From Mytilus trossulus (lineage: Eukaryota): a stretch of 64,000 bases of DNA. A program made the position numbers and the translations under genes. The stretch covers positions 71,052,001 through 71,116,000 of the forward strand of contig NC_086382.1 in NCBI RefSeq assembly GCF_036588685.1. Reading direction: 5' to 3'. Under the pieces are notes generated by a model. That model saw only the letters and a list, made by a program, of their open reading frames with translations, ran no database searches and was not told where the DNA came from. Within the stretch, counting starts at the first letter, position 1, and every line of letters starts with the position of its first letter. Below, in pieces: positions 45,069 through 57,074 of the stretch.

Positions 45069-47624
45069 ATGCCGACGTTAGTTTACCTTATCATATCTTT
45101 GATTAATGTAACGGTATATGCAGATTGCTGTCGAATAGTACGACAAGATAATCAAACAATTGCAGATTGCACCAGACTTAAATTAAATGATGTTCCGATA
45201 GATTTACCATTGGATATAGTAGGTCTTGATCTGAGCTACAATCAAATATCGATTATTAAAAACAATGTCTTTGAATCTTTTTCAAATTTGACTACACTAA
45301 CGATGGATTTTAACAATCTTCATACCATACATGAAGATGTCTTTAAAGGTTTAAAACACTTACGATGGCTTTCAATGAATCACAATCACCTTAACATATC
45401 GTCAAAAATATTTGGACTTGTACTTAGACCGTTATTAGGTCTACAACACTTAGATATCAGATACAATATAAATAAAACGTTGAATAAAGAAGGACCTATT
45501 GTTTATCCCTACTTCGGAAACCTGACATATTTAACCAATTTATATATGGATCTTGCTCAAAAACCACTCTTTAAGTTAAGTGGATTAAAAAAACTGTTGC
45601 AACTTAAGACCATAAAATTTGCAAAATGTTATTTGAACCAGATGTCTAATGACACCTTGGTAGATTCACCATCAACCATTACTGCAATCTACTTTCACAG
45701 GTGTGTCGGTACAATAAAGATTGTAGAAGCAGATTTTTTAAAGCCGTTTCCTTTACTTCAGATTTTAAGTATCGATGGAGCAGATGTGCCGTTAGAAGAT
45801 GCTTTAAAACTTCTTCAACCTTTTTTGCAGAAAAACTTGACCTCTATCACTTTCAAAGGGATTGTATCAAGTAATCCTGTGTTTATTACCTGTGAAATGG
45901 TTAAATATTTGCAGCGTATTTGTGTAAAAACTCTTGTTATAGCAAAATGTAATATTGTAGGATATGAGGAAAAGTCTCTACTAACATTTGATTATCCTGA
46001 ATGTCTAGAAAATATTGTACTCTCAGGCAACCGATTTTCAATAGCACTTGGATCTCATTTCACGGATCTGGTAGTATTAATGAAGAAAGCAATAAATATA
46101 AGATATTTTGACTTATCGTATAATGCTATTAATTTCAACAATATTGAATACTGCAATTTGAACGTACTTGAAAATCCTTTTTATAGAAAAGAAGTATATA
46201 TCGAAGGCTGCAAAATTAAAACTGGAACTGACAATGGAATTGAAATTTACAACTCAGAATTTTTGAACTCTCAAATAGTTAATGAATCAAAAGTTACAAT
46301 AGCTTTGCCTGCAAAGCTCACATTTCTACGAGTATCCCATTACATGACATCATATACTGAGACAGAACAAAAGTTAATTATAACTAATGCAAGTAATCTC
46401 AGATATTTAGATTTCTCGTACTGGCAGATTAAGCAGTTTCCTGAAATATATTCTGAGACTCCTTTTAATGTTAAATACATGGACATTTCTGGACTTAATG
46501 CAAGTATTCTAATTCATGAGACGTCAATACCGGTTTTTCAAAATGTCCAGACCGCTATTTTGAAAAATGCAATGCTGGGTCTAACAATTGGAAAGAATGG
46601 CAAAGTCTTTCAACTATTTCCGGCCGTAGCAAAACTAGATATATCATATAACAACTTATGGTATCTAGATAAAGATGCCTTTGAAACAAACGTAAACTTG
46701 TCAAATGTCAATATTGCACACAATTTACTGCAAGCTATACCTATAGCCGTGTTAGATGTGCCTAACTTAAGTAAACTGGATATAAGTTACAACCGCCTTC
46801 AAACAATAAATAAAACATTTAGAGATTGGATGGATGTGAAAAGTTATGGAGGAATATTTCATTTGTCGATAGAAGGAAACAGTCTTAAATGTACTTGCGA
46901 CACGTCAGATTTTATAAGGTGGATTTTCAGCACAGATGTCGTTTTTGATCGGGTCAATAAAAATTTCAGCTGCACACTGACGAATGGATCAGAAAGTAAC
47001 ACGGTGGTTATCTACACACGATTTCACGAACATTTTGGCAACTGCAATAACAAAAATTGGTTGCGCCTAGGAATAGGACTTCTTGTTGCATTCGTCGTGG
47101 TGACTGTTCCGTTGGCAGTGATTTTTAATTTCCGATGGAAAATAACTTTTTGGATATATCGTAACTTTAAAAGAGTTGTAGCAGACAGATTAGAAAGAAA
47201 ATTTAATTATGACATTTACTTGTCATATGCTGATGACATGCTTCAGTGGGTTCAAGGTGATTTTCTTCAGAGAATAGAGACGTCGTGGCACATGAAAGTA
47301 TGCGTGGAAGACCGCGATTTCAAACTTGGAGTGCCGAAAGCAGACGAAATAGCAAATGCTATAGCTGGCAGCAAACATGTTATATTTATCATGTCTGAGT
47401 CGTACAAAGATAACGAGTGGAACAAATTTGTAATCGAAAGAGTCACGTTCGAAAAATGCAGAAATTACTTACAAAAAATAATAATAGTAGTAAAACAAGC
47501 GTCAGTTAATAGTGTTCCACACGAGTTAGACGGCATTCTACAATATGTCACTATAATAAACTGGGCTGACAACGAGACTGGCTGGGACAAACTGCGCATG
47601 TCATTGTTCACTGATTCCTTTTAA
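45069..47624 (+). CDS. Toll-like receptor A (single-cysteine-cluster type; signal peptide, LRR-NT, LRRs, LRR-CT, TM, TIR), intronless CDS, 851 aa
   Basis: 851-aa ORF with hydrophobic N-terminus, LxxLDLSYNxI repeats, LRR-CT (GNSLKCTCD...C...C), TM LGIGLLVAFVVVTVPLAVIF, TIR box1 YDIYLSY and box2 CVEDRDF. Confidence 0.95.
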   Translation: MPTLVYLIISLINVTVYADCCRIVRQDNQTIADCTRLKLNDVPIDLPLDIVGLDLSYNQISIIKNNVFESFSNLTTLTMDFNNLHTIHEDVFKGLKHLRWLSMNHNHLNISSKIFGLVLRPLLGLQHLDIRYNINKTLNKEGPIVYPYFGNLTYLTNLYMDLAQKPLFKLSGLKKLLQLKTIKFAKCYLNQMSNDTLVDSPSTITAIYFHRCVGTIKIVEADFLKPFPLLQILSIDGADVPLEDALKLLQPFLQKNLTSITFKGIVSSNPVFITCEMVKYLQRICVKTLVIAKCNIVGYEEKSLLTFDYPECLENIVLSGNRFSIALGSHFTDLVVLMKKAINIRYFDLSYNAINFNNIEYCNLNVLENPFYRKEVYIEGCKIKTGTDNGIEIYNSEFLNSQIVNESKVTIALPAKLTFLRVSHYMTSYTETEQKLIITNASNLRYLDFSYWQIKQFPEIYSETPFNVKYMDISGLNASILIHETSIPVFQNVQTAILKNAMLGLTIGKNGKVFQLFPAVAKLDISYNNLWYLDKDAFETNVNLSNVNIAHNLLQAIPIAVLDVPNLSKLDISYNRLQTINKTFRDWMDVKSYGGIFHLSIEGNSLKCTCDTSDFIRWIFSTDVVFDRVNKNFSCTLTNGSESNTVVIYTRFHEHFGNCNNKNWLRLGIGLLVAFVVVTVPLAVIFNFRWKITFWIYRNFKRVVADRLERKFNYDIYLSYADDMLQWVQGDFLQRIETSWHMKVCVEDRDFKLGVPKADEIANAIAGSKHVIFIMSESYKDNEWNKFVIERVTFEKCRNYLQKIIIVVKQASVNSVPHELDGILQYVTIINWADNETGWDKLRMSLFTDSF

Positions 47625-48144
47625 TCAGTGCAATAGTTATCAATGATATAGCATACACAAACAATTTTGATTATACAGTATGTACATTAGCTATAAGGAA
47701 ATTGTTAAAAGATAAATCTTCGACTATTGATTGCTTTGAATATTGCCCATTCTTCCTACATATATTAAGTCCGTAAATGACATATTTACATGTAGGTGTA
47801 AATTATTTGTGAAAATGTCCCAATCGGTCAAGTCGACTTACTATTTTAATCGGACAATAATGTTAGATATGAATTGTAATGAAACCCCCTAATTAAATTG
47901 GGTAGTTTTTGAACTATACATAAAGTTGTGTCCAATTTTCTGTTGTGTTATCTCTGAAGGAGATATTAATGTACATCATTTTTCAGGCCACAACGACTTA
48001 GGCAAAATAATAATGAACCTGAGATGGTGTTACATACTTTAAAGGTGAAGGCAGTTTCTAAGTGTGTTTGATTCATAAATAATGTTATAGCCAAAGATGA
48101 ATTAGAAATGCCACGTTTAAATCGTCTGATCTGCGTGTTGTTCA

Positions 48145-48271
48145 TTTCAAACTTATTCATGTCCTATATAATGGGTACTTGTCACACCCCTCAGTGGAAC
48201 ATCGACAGAGTAAGAAGCATCCCAATTGGCAGAATGTCATGTAGTATTATGTAGACGAAACTAGCAACCAT
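48145..48271 (-). pseudogene. Decayed copy of exon 3 of the dermatopontin/HAAF-like gene
   Basis: Aligns by eye with 34587-34730 (tcagtggaacatc[a/g]acagag, gcatcccaattgg, atgggt.ct.gtcac.cccc), with an 11-bp deletion and the donor GT changed to AT. Confidence 0.8.
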
Positions 48272-51200
48272 TTAACAAATAGATTAACCCCATATGGCCA
48301 ATACGAAAAACGATAAAAGGACAAAACAATTACCAAAGTAATGCACAGAAAATTGCAGTTGAGGAACACAAACCTGACGGGATTATCGCTGGTGATCATG
48401 AGGAGCAGTTTGATCATGTGCCTTAAAGTTTTTTATTTTCATATCTTTTAAACACAAATGTTACTATTTCCACTTCAGCACACAATTCAAAAGTATTTTC
48501 ACTTCATATTGGAGGTACAGTACACAAGCATTCAAACTAGAATTTAAGATATGCGAAATACATAGGATTATGTATCAACAGACATTAAAGAACTATTACA
48601 ACTTGATCATTCTAATCCGTTATACAGCTTTTTTTTAAATCACTAAATTATTATTTTGCTTTTCATTTTGTTTTCTATTTTGTAGCTGTAACCGAAACAA
48701 TACCAACCCTAGTACTAATGTAAATATAATAACAATTTAACTAATAAAGATCTGTGTTATTCCGCTTTGTTCGACAAATATCACTTTTAACACCTAAAAC
48801 AAACGAATAATGGAAAATCTCACATTACTTTTTTTATTTTTTTTAGTCGCCTCAATCTGTCTCGACATTTTTTTACAAAACAAAAAAATATATAATTATA
48901 CAATATTCATCCTAATGGAAGCACACATTTTCATTTTTTTTAAATGACTATAGTTAAATACAAAGTTCATCTGCAAAGTCCCACATTTTAGGCTTCAGCT
49001 AAAAAAAAAGAGTTAAATAGTTAAAAATAGGAAGTCGTTTTAAATAAGTTAGATTAAAACGAACCATGATATCGTACGTTTCTCTGACTATTGAACACAC
49101 TTAAATTATTGAGAGATCAGCCGTTAATTCTTGAGTTTGATCAATTAAAGCCCCCGCACCAATTCAATAAATCTGACAATTTAAAATATTGTAAGAGAGC
49201 ATAATGTCATGGAACAAAAGAATAATGTATAACAGCTTCGAAAATGTAGGAAATCAAATTTAAATAAAATTTCGGGAAATTTCATGAATGATATAACATA
49301 TTTACGTCATTGCAAAACACGACGCCATACACGAATGAAAACTTCAAAGAAAATGTTTATTTTGTAACTTATACACTTCATTTTCAGATAATATCTCATT
49401 AAAATGAACTTTTCATGTAGTTGCTGTTTCGTTTTCGATTATGTTGCATTTATTGAACTGTTATATATTTTAGTCAGGTCAATATAGCGACCAACTCCTT
49501 ACTCACGGCCTGTCTGACTTTGATGGTATTTATAGTAGCCATTACACAAACATTGTTGGCTAAAGAATTATTAGAATTAAACACATTACTAACAAACCTA
49601 ACTATTCAGTTTGTGAGTTAATCACACCGGTTTACATATCAATAACCTCTAGAAATAATGTGTTTAATCCTATAGTGACAAAATTTCAAATGACGGACGT
49701 AATGCAACTTGTCACGTCGAATGCGATTGACCGTGATTCGACGGAATAAAACATTTTGTTTGTTATTGTCTCTTAAACTATGTTGATTTTAAGTTTTTTT
49801 TTATAATTCCGATAAAAGAATAAATGGTATTTTTATTCTGACACTATCACTGTAAAATATCAAGCTAGGCCTTCAGACTTGCTTTTTAAACCTGTAAAAA
49901 TAAAGAAAGAAAAACAAAAAGTCCTTTATGCTATGTCGATGTGCAGCTTTCTCACGAACGTTTATTTAATATCCCTATGTTGTCATGTCAAGCAGAGGTC
50001 TCACGGTGGTTTATCTATGATCCCTATGTACCCATGTTGAACAACAGCCTTACTGTAAATGTCCAGACTAGAGTATTTGGTGAGCTTGTGTCTCTTGATC
50101 ATTATACTTGATCATTATACTTTGTATTTTTGTAAACAATCATTTAAAAACCTGGAATATGTTACTGTAATCTTCAAAGTTATGATCACATTCATGACTT
50201 TTCCATCTTCGAACTGCAAGATTCAATTAGGGTCGATACCATCCTTCCTCGCAAGGACACAAAAGTCGATATTGGTTCTGTTATACAACGTGTACTTTTA
50301 ACATCAGGAAATCAAATACCCATCTGTCATATTTTGATTGTAGAAAGTGACAATTTTATTCGTATTTTATTTGATAAAGGAAATGCAATTGGTTTTGACA
50401 TGTATGACATAACTATTTTTTCTGAAAAAAAATATATAATCCTTTGATGTTAAATAGATCAGAAAAAACATCGGTGAATGTCAAGGAAACCTCATTTTAC
50501 TTTGTTTTGATAAGTATGCAACCAGTAAAAAAATCAAAAGTCAGGAGCCTGTTATTCACTGGTTGTCGTTTGTTTATGTGTTACATGTTTGTTTTTCGTT
50601 CATGTTTTTTAAATAAAGAAGACCGTTAGTTTTCTCGTTTGAATTGTTTTACACTGTCTTATCGGGGCCTTTTCTAGCTGACTATGCGGTATGGGCTTTG
50701 CTCGTTGTTGAAGGCCGTATGGTGACCTATAGTTGTTAATGTCTGTGTCAATTTGGTCTCGTGTAGACAGTTGTTTCATTGGCAATCATTCCACATCTTA
50801 TTTTTATATTAATTTCAGTATCACAACTAAAACATAAAACATAAATTAAATTTTTCATTTTTATATTAGACAATTTACCTAGAAGTTCGATTTAGCATCA
50901 TTTGTGCCAAATTGAATTGCTTTTGTGTATTACCATATTCAAAAATAAAGGAGAAAAGTTACAATAAAGGACAAACTTCACTTATCGCTCAAAATGGCCT
51001 AAAATATCAACTTCATCATAAAACCCCAAAAAGTTCACAATTTGGTTCGTAAATGGTTCTATTTGAAAAACCTTAATGCTGAATAAATAAGTTCTTTTCA
51101 TTAAAGTACGCGATGTTCTCAAAATTTTTCTCATTTTTACCACGACCTACGATCCAAATGTTATGTAACCAAGCGATTTCAATTTAGAAATAGGGTGCAT

Positions 51201-52046
51201 CAATATAAAAACTTTAGGATCGTGGATGGCGGCCAAGGTTAATTTTGCCAAAAACGATTAAAATTTTGGAAAAAAGTGACCAATAGGCAGGAAATGAAAT
51301 AAAAAACAAACATGGAAAATGTGTTGAAATTTTTAGACTTTGCCCTTTTGTGGTTAATTAAATAGTTCTAGTGGAAAGTTTTCAATGTTGGCCCTTGTAT
51401 GTACCATCCCTCGCCCCATATCGGCCCTTGGCTAAAGCTTCGGGCTGACATGGGAGAGAATATGAAAAAGATAATGTGATAATCTATTATTATCCTCTGT
51501 GTATTGAATGTTTCGATTTTTTTCTCATAATAAAAATGATTGTATGGGTTAAAACAGTACAATAACCTATTAGCTTTAGTTTTGATGACTTGAGATTTCG
51601 TAGATTTAAGAAAATCACAAAAATCACGAACAAGAAAATTGAATGCAGGAAGACCCTAATCAAAATACAAAAATCAAATGCTCAAACTCACCAGACGAAT
51701 GGATAACAACTGTCATATTCCTGACTAGGTACATGCATTTTCTTTATGTAGAAGATGGTAGATTGACCCTAGTTTAAAACCTAGCTTAACCTCTCGCTTA
51801 CAAACAATGATGTAATTTGATCAAAGATGGACTGAAAAGTATTAAAAAATATATATTTAGAAGTATTTTTTATTTCATAAATGATTGTTATTAAGTCATG
51901 TCTATTCACCAATGCTTTAGTAAGTGTAACTGAGTACGGATTATCAATCATGATCAAAGTAGTTCTGATTAAGTCGACTAGTATAAATACAGATCTAAGC
52001 AATTGTACCACCACAATAGGGTTAAAATCGTCAAACCTCAGTTATC

Positions 52047-53650
52047 ATGGCTATGATAACTTTTCTGTTGTTGACCTTTGTCGGATCTGCTTTTTGCAGT
52101 AGCCGAAGAGGGTACAGTGTTGGATACGGAGGTGATGGCGGCAGCGGTGGTGGTGGTGTTGGTGGTGGCAGTGGTGGCGGAGGATGACATTACTGTTGGG
52201 AGGAGGAGGCCTAGGAGAAGGAACAGGAGGAAGGGAAGGAGGAGGAAAAGGAGGTCAGTTAGAATTAGAATAATCCTTGTTCTAATTGCAATTACAGCAA
52301 AGTAACTCTAAAGTGTTTATCAGGAGCAATGTTCCGAACATTTAATTAGGTTAAGCATATGTAAAAGTAAGTATAATACAAACGCATAATGTAATAAGTA
52401 GCGAGCAAAAATCAAACGTTTTGGTTTAAGACTGGTCAATCAGCTTCATACATTTACAAACTATTTCACCTTGAAATTTAAATTTAAATTTTAACATTTT
52501 CCAAGGATATGGTTCAGGATATGGTGGTGGTAGCTACGGAGACTATAGTGTTGGGTATGGTGGCAGTGGTGGCGGACGATTTGGATCAAGTGGTAGTAGT
52601 GGACTATTGGTTATAGGAGGAGGGGAGGAGGAGGAGGAGGAGGAGGAGGAGGAGGAGGAGGGGAGGTAAGATCACATTAACGTAATGCTCCATGACTTTA
52701 ATCAAACGTTCTGTCTAAACTCTTTCATCAGCGTAATACATTGAATTTACAACTGTATTCTATATCATCATAAAGTTAACATTTTTACCTTTTATTTCTA
52801 GTATTTGATGTCTATGCGTGACCTGCAAAACATGGGCGGTATTATTTAAACATGTGTTTAGGTTTTTTATCCATTCTTTGAACGTATCATACGACCAGAA
52901 ATGCTACTGCAATCATAAAATCTCCTCAAAGGAAGGTAAATGATTTTTTATTGCCGTTCTATGTCGATACACTAATAAAAAAAAACATTCTAAGATTATA
53001 ATTACATGTATATGTGTATTTGTGATCTTTCATTACAGATGGGAGAGTGTGGTGTACCTGTCGTTCAGGACAATGTCTCAAAGGAGAATTTCTTTTAGAC
53101 AAGTATTGCAGACTTACCCCACTATTTCCAGGGAAATGGGGTCCATGCTGCAAGGTGTTACCAGACAGTGTAACGAGCCGTAGTTACGGTGGAATAGATG
53201 GTACGGCTGGAGCGGGAGCTGGAGGCGCAGGTGAAATAAGTGGCGGAGCTGTATATGTAGCTAGATATGATGGAGGATCTGGATATGGGGGCGGATCTGG
53301 TTATGGTGGAGGATCTGTATATGGTGGAGGATCTGTTTATGGAGGAGGATCTGGATATGGGGGAGGATCTGTTTATGGAGGAGGATCTGGATAAGGGGGA
53401 GGATCTGTTTATGGAGGAGGATCTGGATATTGGTGGAGGATCTGGATATTGGGGCGGATCTGGTTATGGGGTAGAATCTGGGTATGGAGGTGGATCTGGA
53501 TACGGTGGTCCCAGTGGTGGATACGGCGATGGCCCTGCATATATAGTCTTGTCAGGTGGAGGTGCCGGGGGAGGTTCCGGAGGAGGTTCCGGTGGAGGTT
53601 CCGGTGGAGGTTCTGGGTCACGCGGAAAAGGAAAATCATACTATCTTTAG
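52047..53650 (+). pseudogene. Secreted Gly/Tyr-rich (shematrin-like) protein gene with an internal 6-Cys defensin-like module; frame disrupted (pseudogene or assembly errors)
   Basis: TATAAA 51982-51987; signal peptide MAMITFLLLTFVGSAFC from 52047. Exons 52047-52253, 52506-52665, 53039-53650 with GT-AG ends. GGGSGY/GGGSVY repeats, basic-Tyr tail RGKGKSYYL*, AATAAA 53707-53712. Lesions: frameshift with TGA at 52185-52187, frame slip in the GGA tract 52622-52665, TAA at 53392-53394, extra base near 53431. Confidence 0.75.
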
Positions 53651-56600
53651 TTTGACAGCACTTACCTAGCTTAGAAAAAAATATTATTTTCAGTATGTAA
53701 TACTACAATAAAACATATAGTTATGCAGAATGCTTCTTAATAAGCAAGGGCATTTCATAAAATTTATTAAAATATGGTGTTTATATTCACGATTAATACT
53801 TATGCTCGTACATGTAAAACTATACTGACTTCCTACACAGTAGTATGTTTTTTCGCAGAAACTGCCTTAACAGAGTTTAAGGAGAACAAAATAAAATGAC
53901 ACTCTGTAAATATTTTGGAAACCATCACTAATACGATGTGTCTATGTCTAAACTAACTGGTACAATTAATTTACCACGTCATAAATTGTGGCTTCACATC
54001 TATTTCGTCTATTTGCGAAGTAACGTGGTGGCCTATTCCTAGTGCTGCGGCGAAGTCTGAAAAGACGCATAGTTAGGGAAAAAAGGCACCTGTAAAAATC
54101 AAAACAAATATAATCAGCTTATTTGGCAGTCGTTTTCGGCCTCACAAAGACAAAGACTGTCGTAGATTAACTGTTACTGGTGCATAAACAAACTAAAGAT
54201 AAAACAAAAAGGTCAGATACTATTTAACTTTAAAAATTAAACTCCATGACGTTGTTGCTCTAAGCTGCTTCATGTAGAAATGAATTCATTTTGACACTTA
54301 TTTTTCGAGATGTTAACGTCTATGAATTTTATGTATAATTAAACCAAGTGTACCCGTCCCCAGACACAGCCATTTATTACTGGATCTAGACAGTTCTCCA
54401 ATGTTAATGTGAACGCACACAGTCTTGCTTTGAACAGTTTCCAATGCATGTGATACCTGTTAGTTCGTATCTATACTTCGTAGGATTATTCATATGCGTT
54501 TAATTTCGCGCTTTGTTTAGAAATTTGGCACTAATCAAAATTCATTTGACCTATGATGATTTTCTTTTAAAAATTAAAATGTGCGATCATTTATTAGACT
54601 TAACAGCGAAGCTTTGGGAGGACTTAATACGTATACATCCGATTGTGTTCAGTGTGTATCTACACAATCTAACGTCTTCAACATTCACATTCACACTTGT
54701 GTCATGTTATAGGATAATCTGGATAACGATAACATTATTGGTTTTGTTCTCAAAAACTTGTATTACTCATGTTGAGTCGCATGTGCTGCGTTTTTATAAC
54801 AGTTTACTTACCTTCAGAAATATTATCATTTATTTTAAAGTGACATTCAACTGAATCATTAACTCTAAATTATATGTGATATTTAAATCGTTAACTCACT
54901 CTAATGTATTGATCAATATGTAAATATTATCATTGTTCAAAAATTCTTTAATAATGCTTGCAAAATCTTCGTTAAAAAAGAAATAAAGTTATTATATTAT
55001 TCATATAACAATATTTTTATTTAATAGGTAATGATTGTCGAAAAAAATATATCATCTAAAGAAATTAGATAAAGAAAATTTAAACAATTATTTGTACTTC
55101 GACATAAAAAAAAACCTACATGTAAGTCTATCTATCTGTATGGTTAAAAAAATAACTTAAATTAAAAAAACAAGTTCTCATACTGTACTCCTCACAATTG
55201 TACCAACTATAAATATAAACAACAGAGGTTTATTGTTAAGATAAGTCTTTCATTTCTAAATAATGGCAAAATTAAAGAAGGAAAAGCAAGAATTGATATA
55301 ATTCCAGTATCTATTTATACAAAAAGCAAACAACGTATTTCATCCAGGAAGTATCAGATACTTTATTGTATTCAAATCCGAACTATAACGATTTAAACTT
55401 CCACTATGAGTCCTGTTTTATAACGGGGGTTCACCTGAAATATTTTATACGGAAACCAAACATTTGTTTTATAACCTGATACTATAGCAGTTTAAATATA
55501 GCCTATAGCTACTTCTTTGTCAGGAGGTTGGACATATTTAAACAATAAAAAGAAAATGTACCTTTTCTCTTGAACAAGCTTAAGTTAAAGAATAATCAAA
55601 GTGACACGATTTTGTCAGTCCAAATATTGCCCCCAAATTTAAATATGTCAAACAACTTAAACATAAAAATGCTTTGCATAATCGAATAAAAAGATAAAAT
55701 CATTACGCGATCAATACTTCTTTGTATAGTTGATTCAAAACTGTGTTAAAAAACTGTTAAATTTATATGTGTTCGAAAATCAGGTAGAACTAAAGGCAAA
55801 TGACTTCATTCCTTAAGCCATGATCCACGTGAGTTAATTTTCTATTTTTTATTTAACGTTATTACACGGAGAAAACCGTTTTTGATATAAACTATTCTTT
55901 ATTGGCTGTACAGTTGAAATGTTCGAAATTCATTTATCAATCTAAACGTATGATTTAATTTTTTTTTAATTTTTAAATGCCTGATTAAACAAAGCTATAA
56001 ATATAAAATTTGGAGGTGTGATACAATTGCCAAAAAAGACAATAATCTTCTAAAGTACACATGAAGTGGATGTGACCAATTATAGATAAACGTATGTACT
56101 TCAATAATGAGAAAACAACATACCGTATTATCGGTTGCCCGACATGACATGTTCGAGTTGATCTAAGGCTCCGTGATTACCTATAATGATTTACTTTTAG
56201 AAATTGTGAGAAGGATTGAGAGTTTCCTTTTTTTGCACTCATTCCATAGTGATATATCAAGGAAAATCGTCGTGGATGATTCATCAAAAGAATGAACTGT
56301 CGTTCTGGAATAAATTTATTCCATATAATTATATAAAAATTGTAAATAAAGGCAACAGCAGTATACCGCTGTTCAAAACACATAAATCCATGTCTAAAAA
56401 AACAAAACCGGGATAACAAAGTAAAACTGAGGGAAATGCATTAAATATAAGAGGAGAACAACGACACAACATTTAAATGTAACACACACAGAAACGGACT
56501 AAGCATTAGACAAAGTATAAACGTCCTATGAGAATAACAAATATAACAAATATAACATCAAAGACGTTCCTCAACGGATTGCAATATTTTGTATATGTAT

Positions 56601-57074
56601 TGTTTTTAACATAACTGTCCTCCTGTATTTCACAAAACAAATTACATAATATCTTGATAGTTCACACTGTGTATTTAACACTTAAAAATAACCCCTTTTT
56701 GGATGATGGGCATTTTAATTCCGTCTAAACCAATGGTCTTATTTATTCCGCCATGTGTGTTTTCTTTTTAAAGTAATATTAAGCTATACCTCAATCAAAG
56801 CTACAGTGATGAAAATAGCTATTGTTTTAGCATTGATGACAGTGTCAGTGTCGTTAATTTATCATTCCTTATTTCTTCTGCAAGATATTGTAATTCATTA
56901 TCATATTTTTTACACGGCAATAGTATGCTGATAATTAAATTATTACCATAAAGATTATATTGGAATGTTTGACAACTAAAGTTTAATTGACTTTGCCATT
57001 TAAACTGGATTGAGTAATTTGAAAATTATAATTTGTTTTAAACTAAATGTCTTAAAGACGTAAAGGAATATTCT

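Noticed and set aside
50059-50301. MSRLEYLVSLCLL... as first exon or signal peptide of the Gly-rich gene
   Set aside because: A better signal peptide with a TATA box is contiguous with the Gly-rich exon at 52047; nothing supports this ORF.
52078-52305. ORF with an Arg-rich stretch (RRRPRRRNRRKGRRRKRR) resembling a protamine or cationic peptide
   Set aside because: Shadow frame of GGA/GGT glycine codons; it has a non-ATG start and runs through the splice donor. The signal-peptide frame starts at 52047.
53267-53655. Overlapping ORFs MEEDLD-repeat, WRW-rich and minus-strand NLHR-repeat
   Set aside because: Alternative frames of the GGGSGY repeat, exposed by the frameshift.
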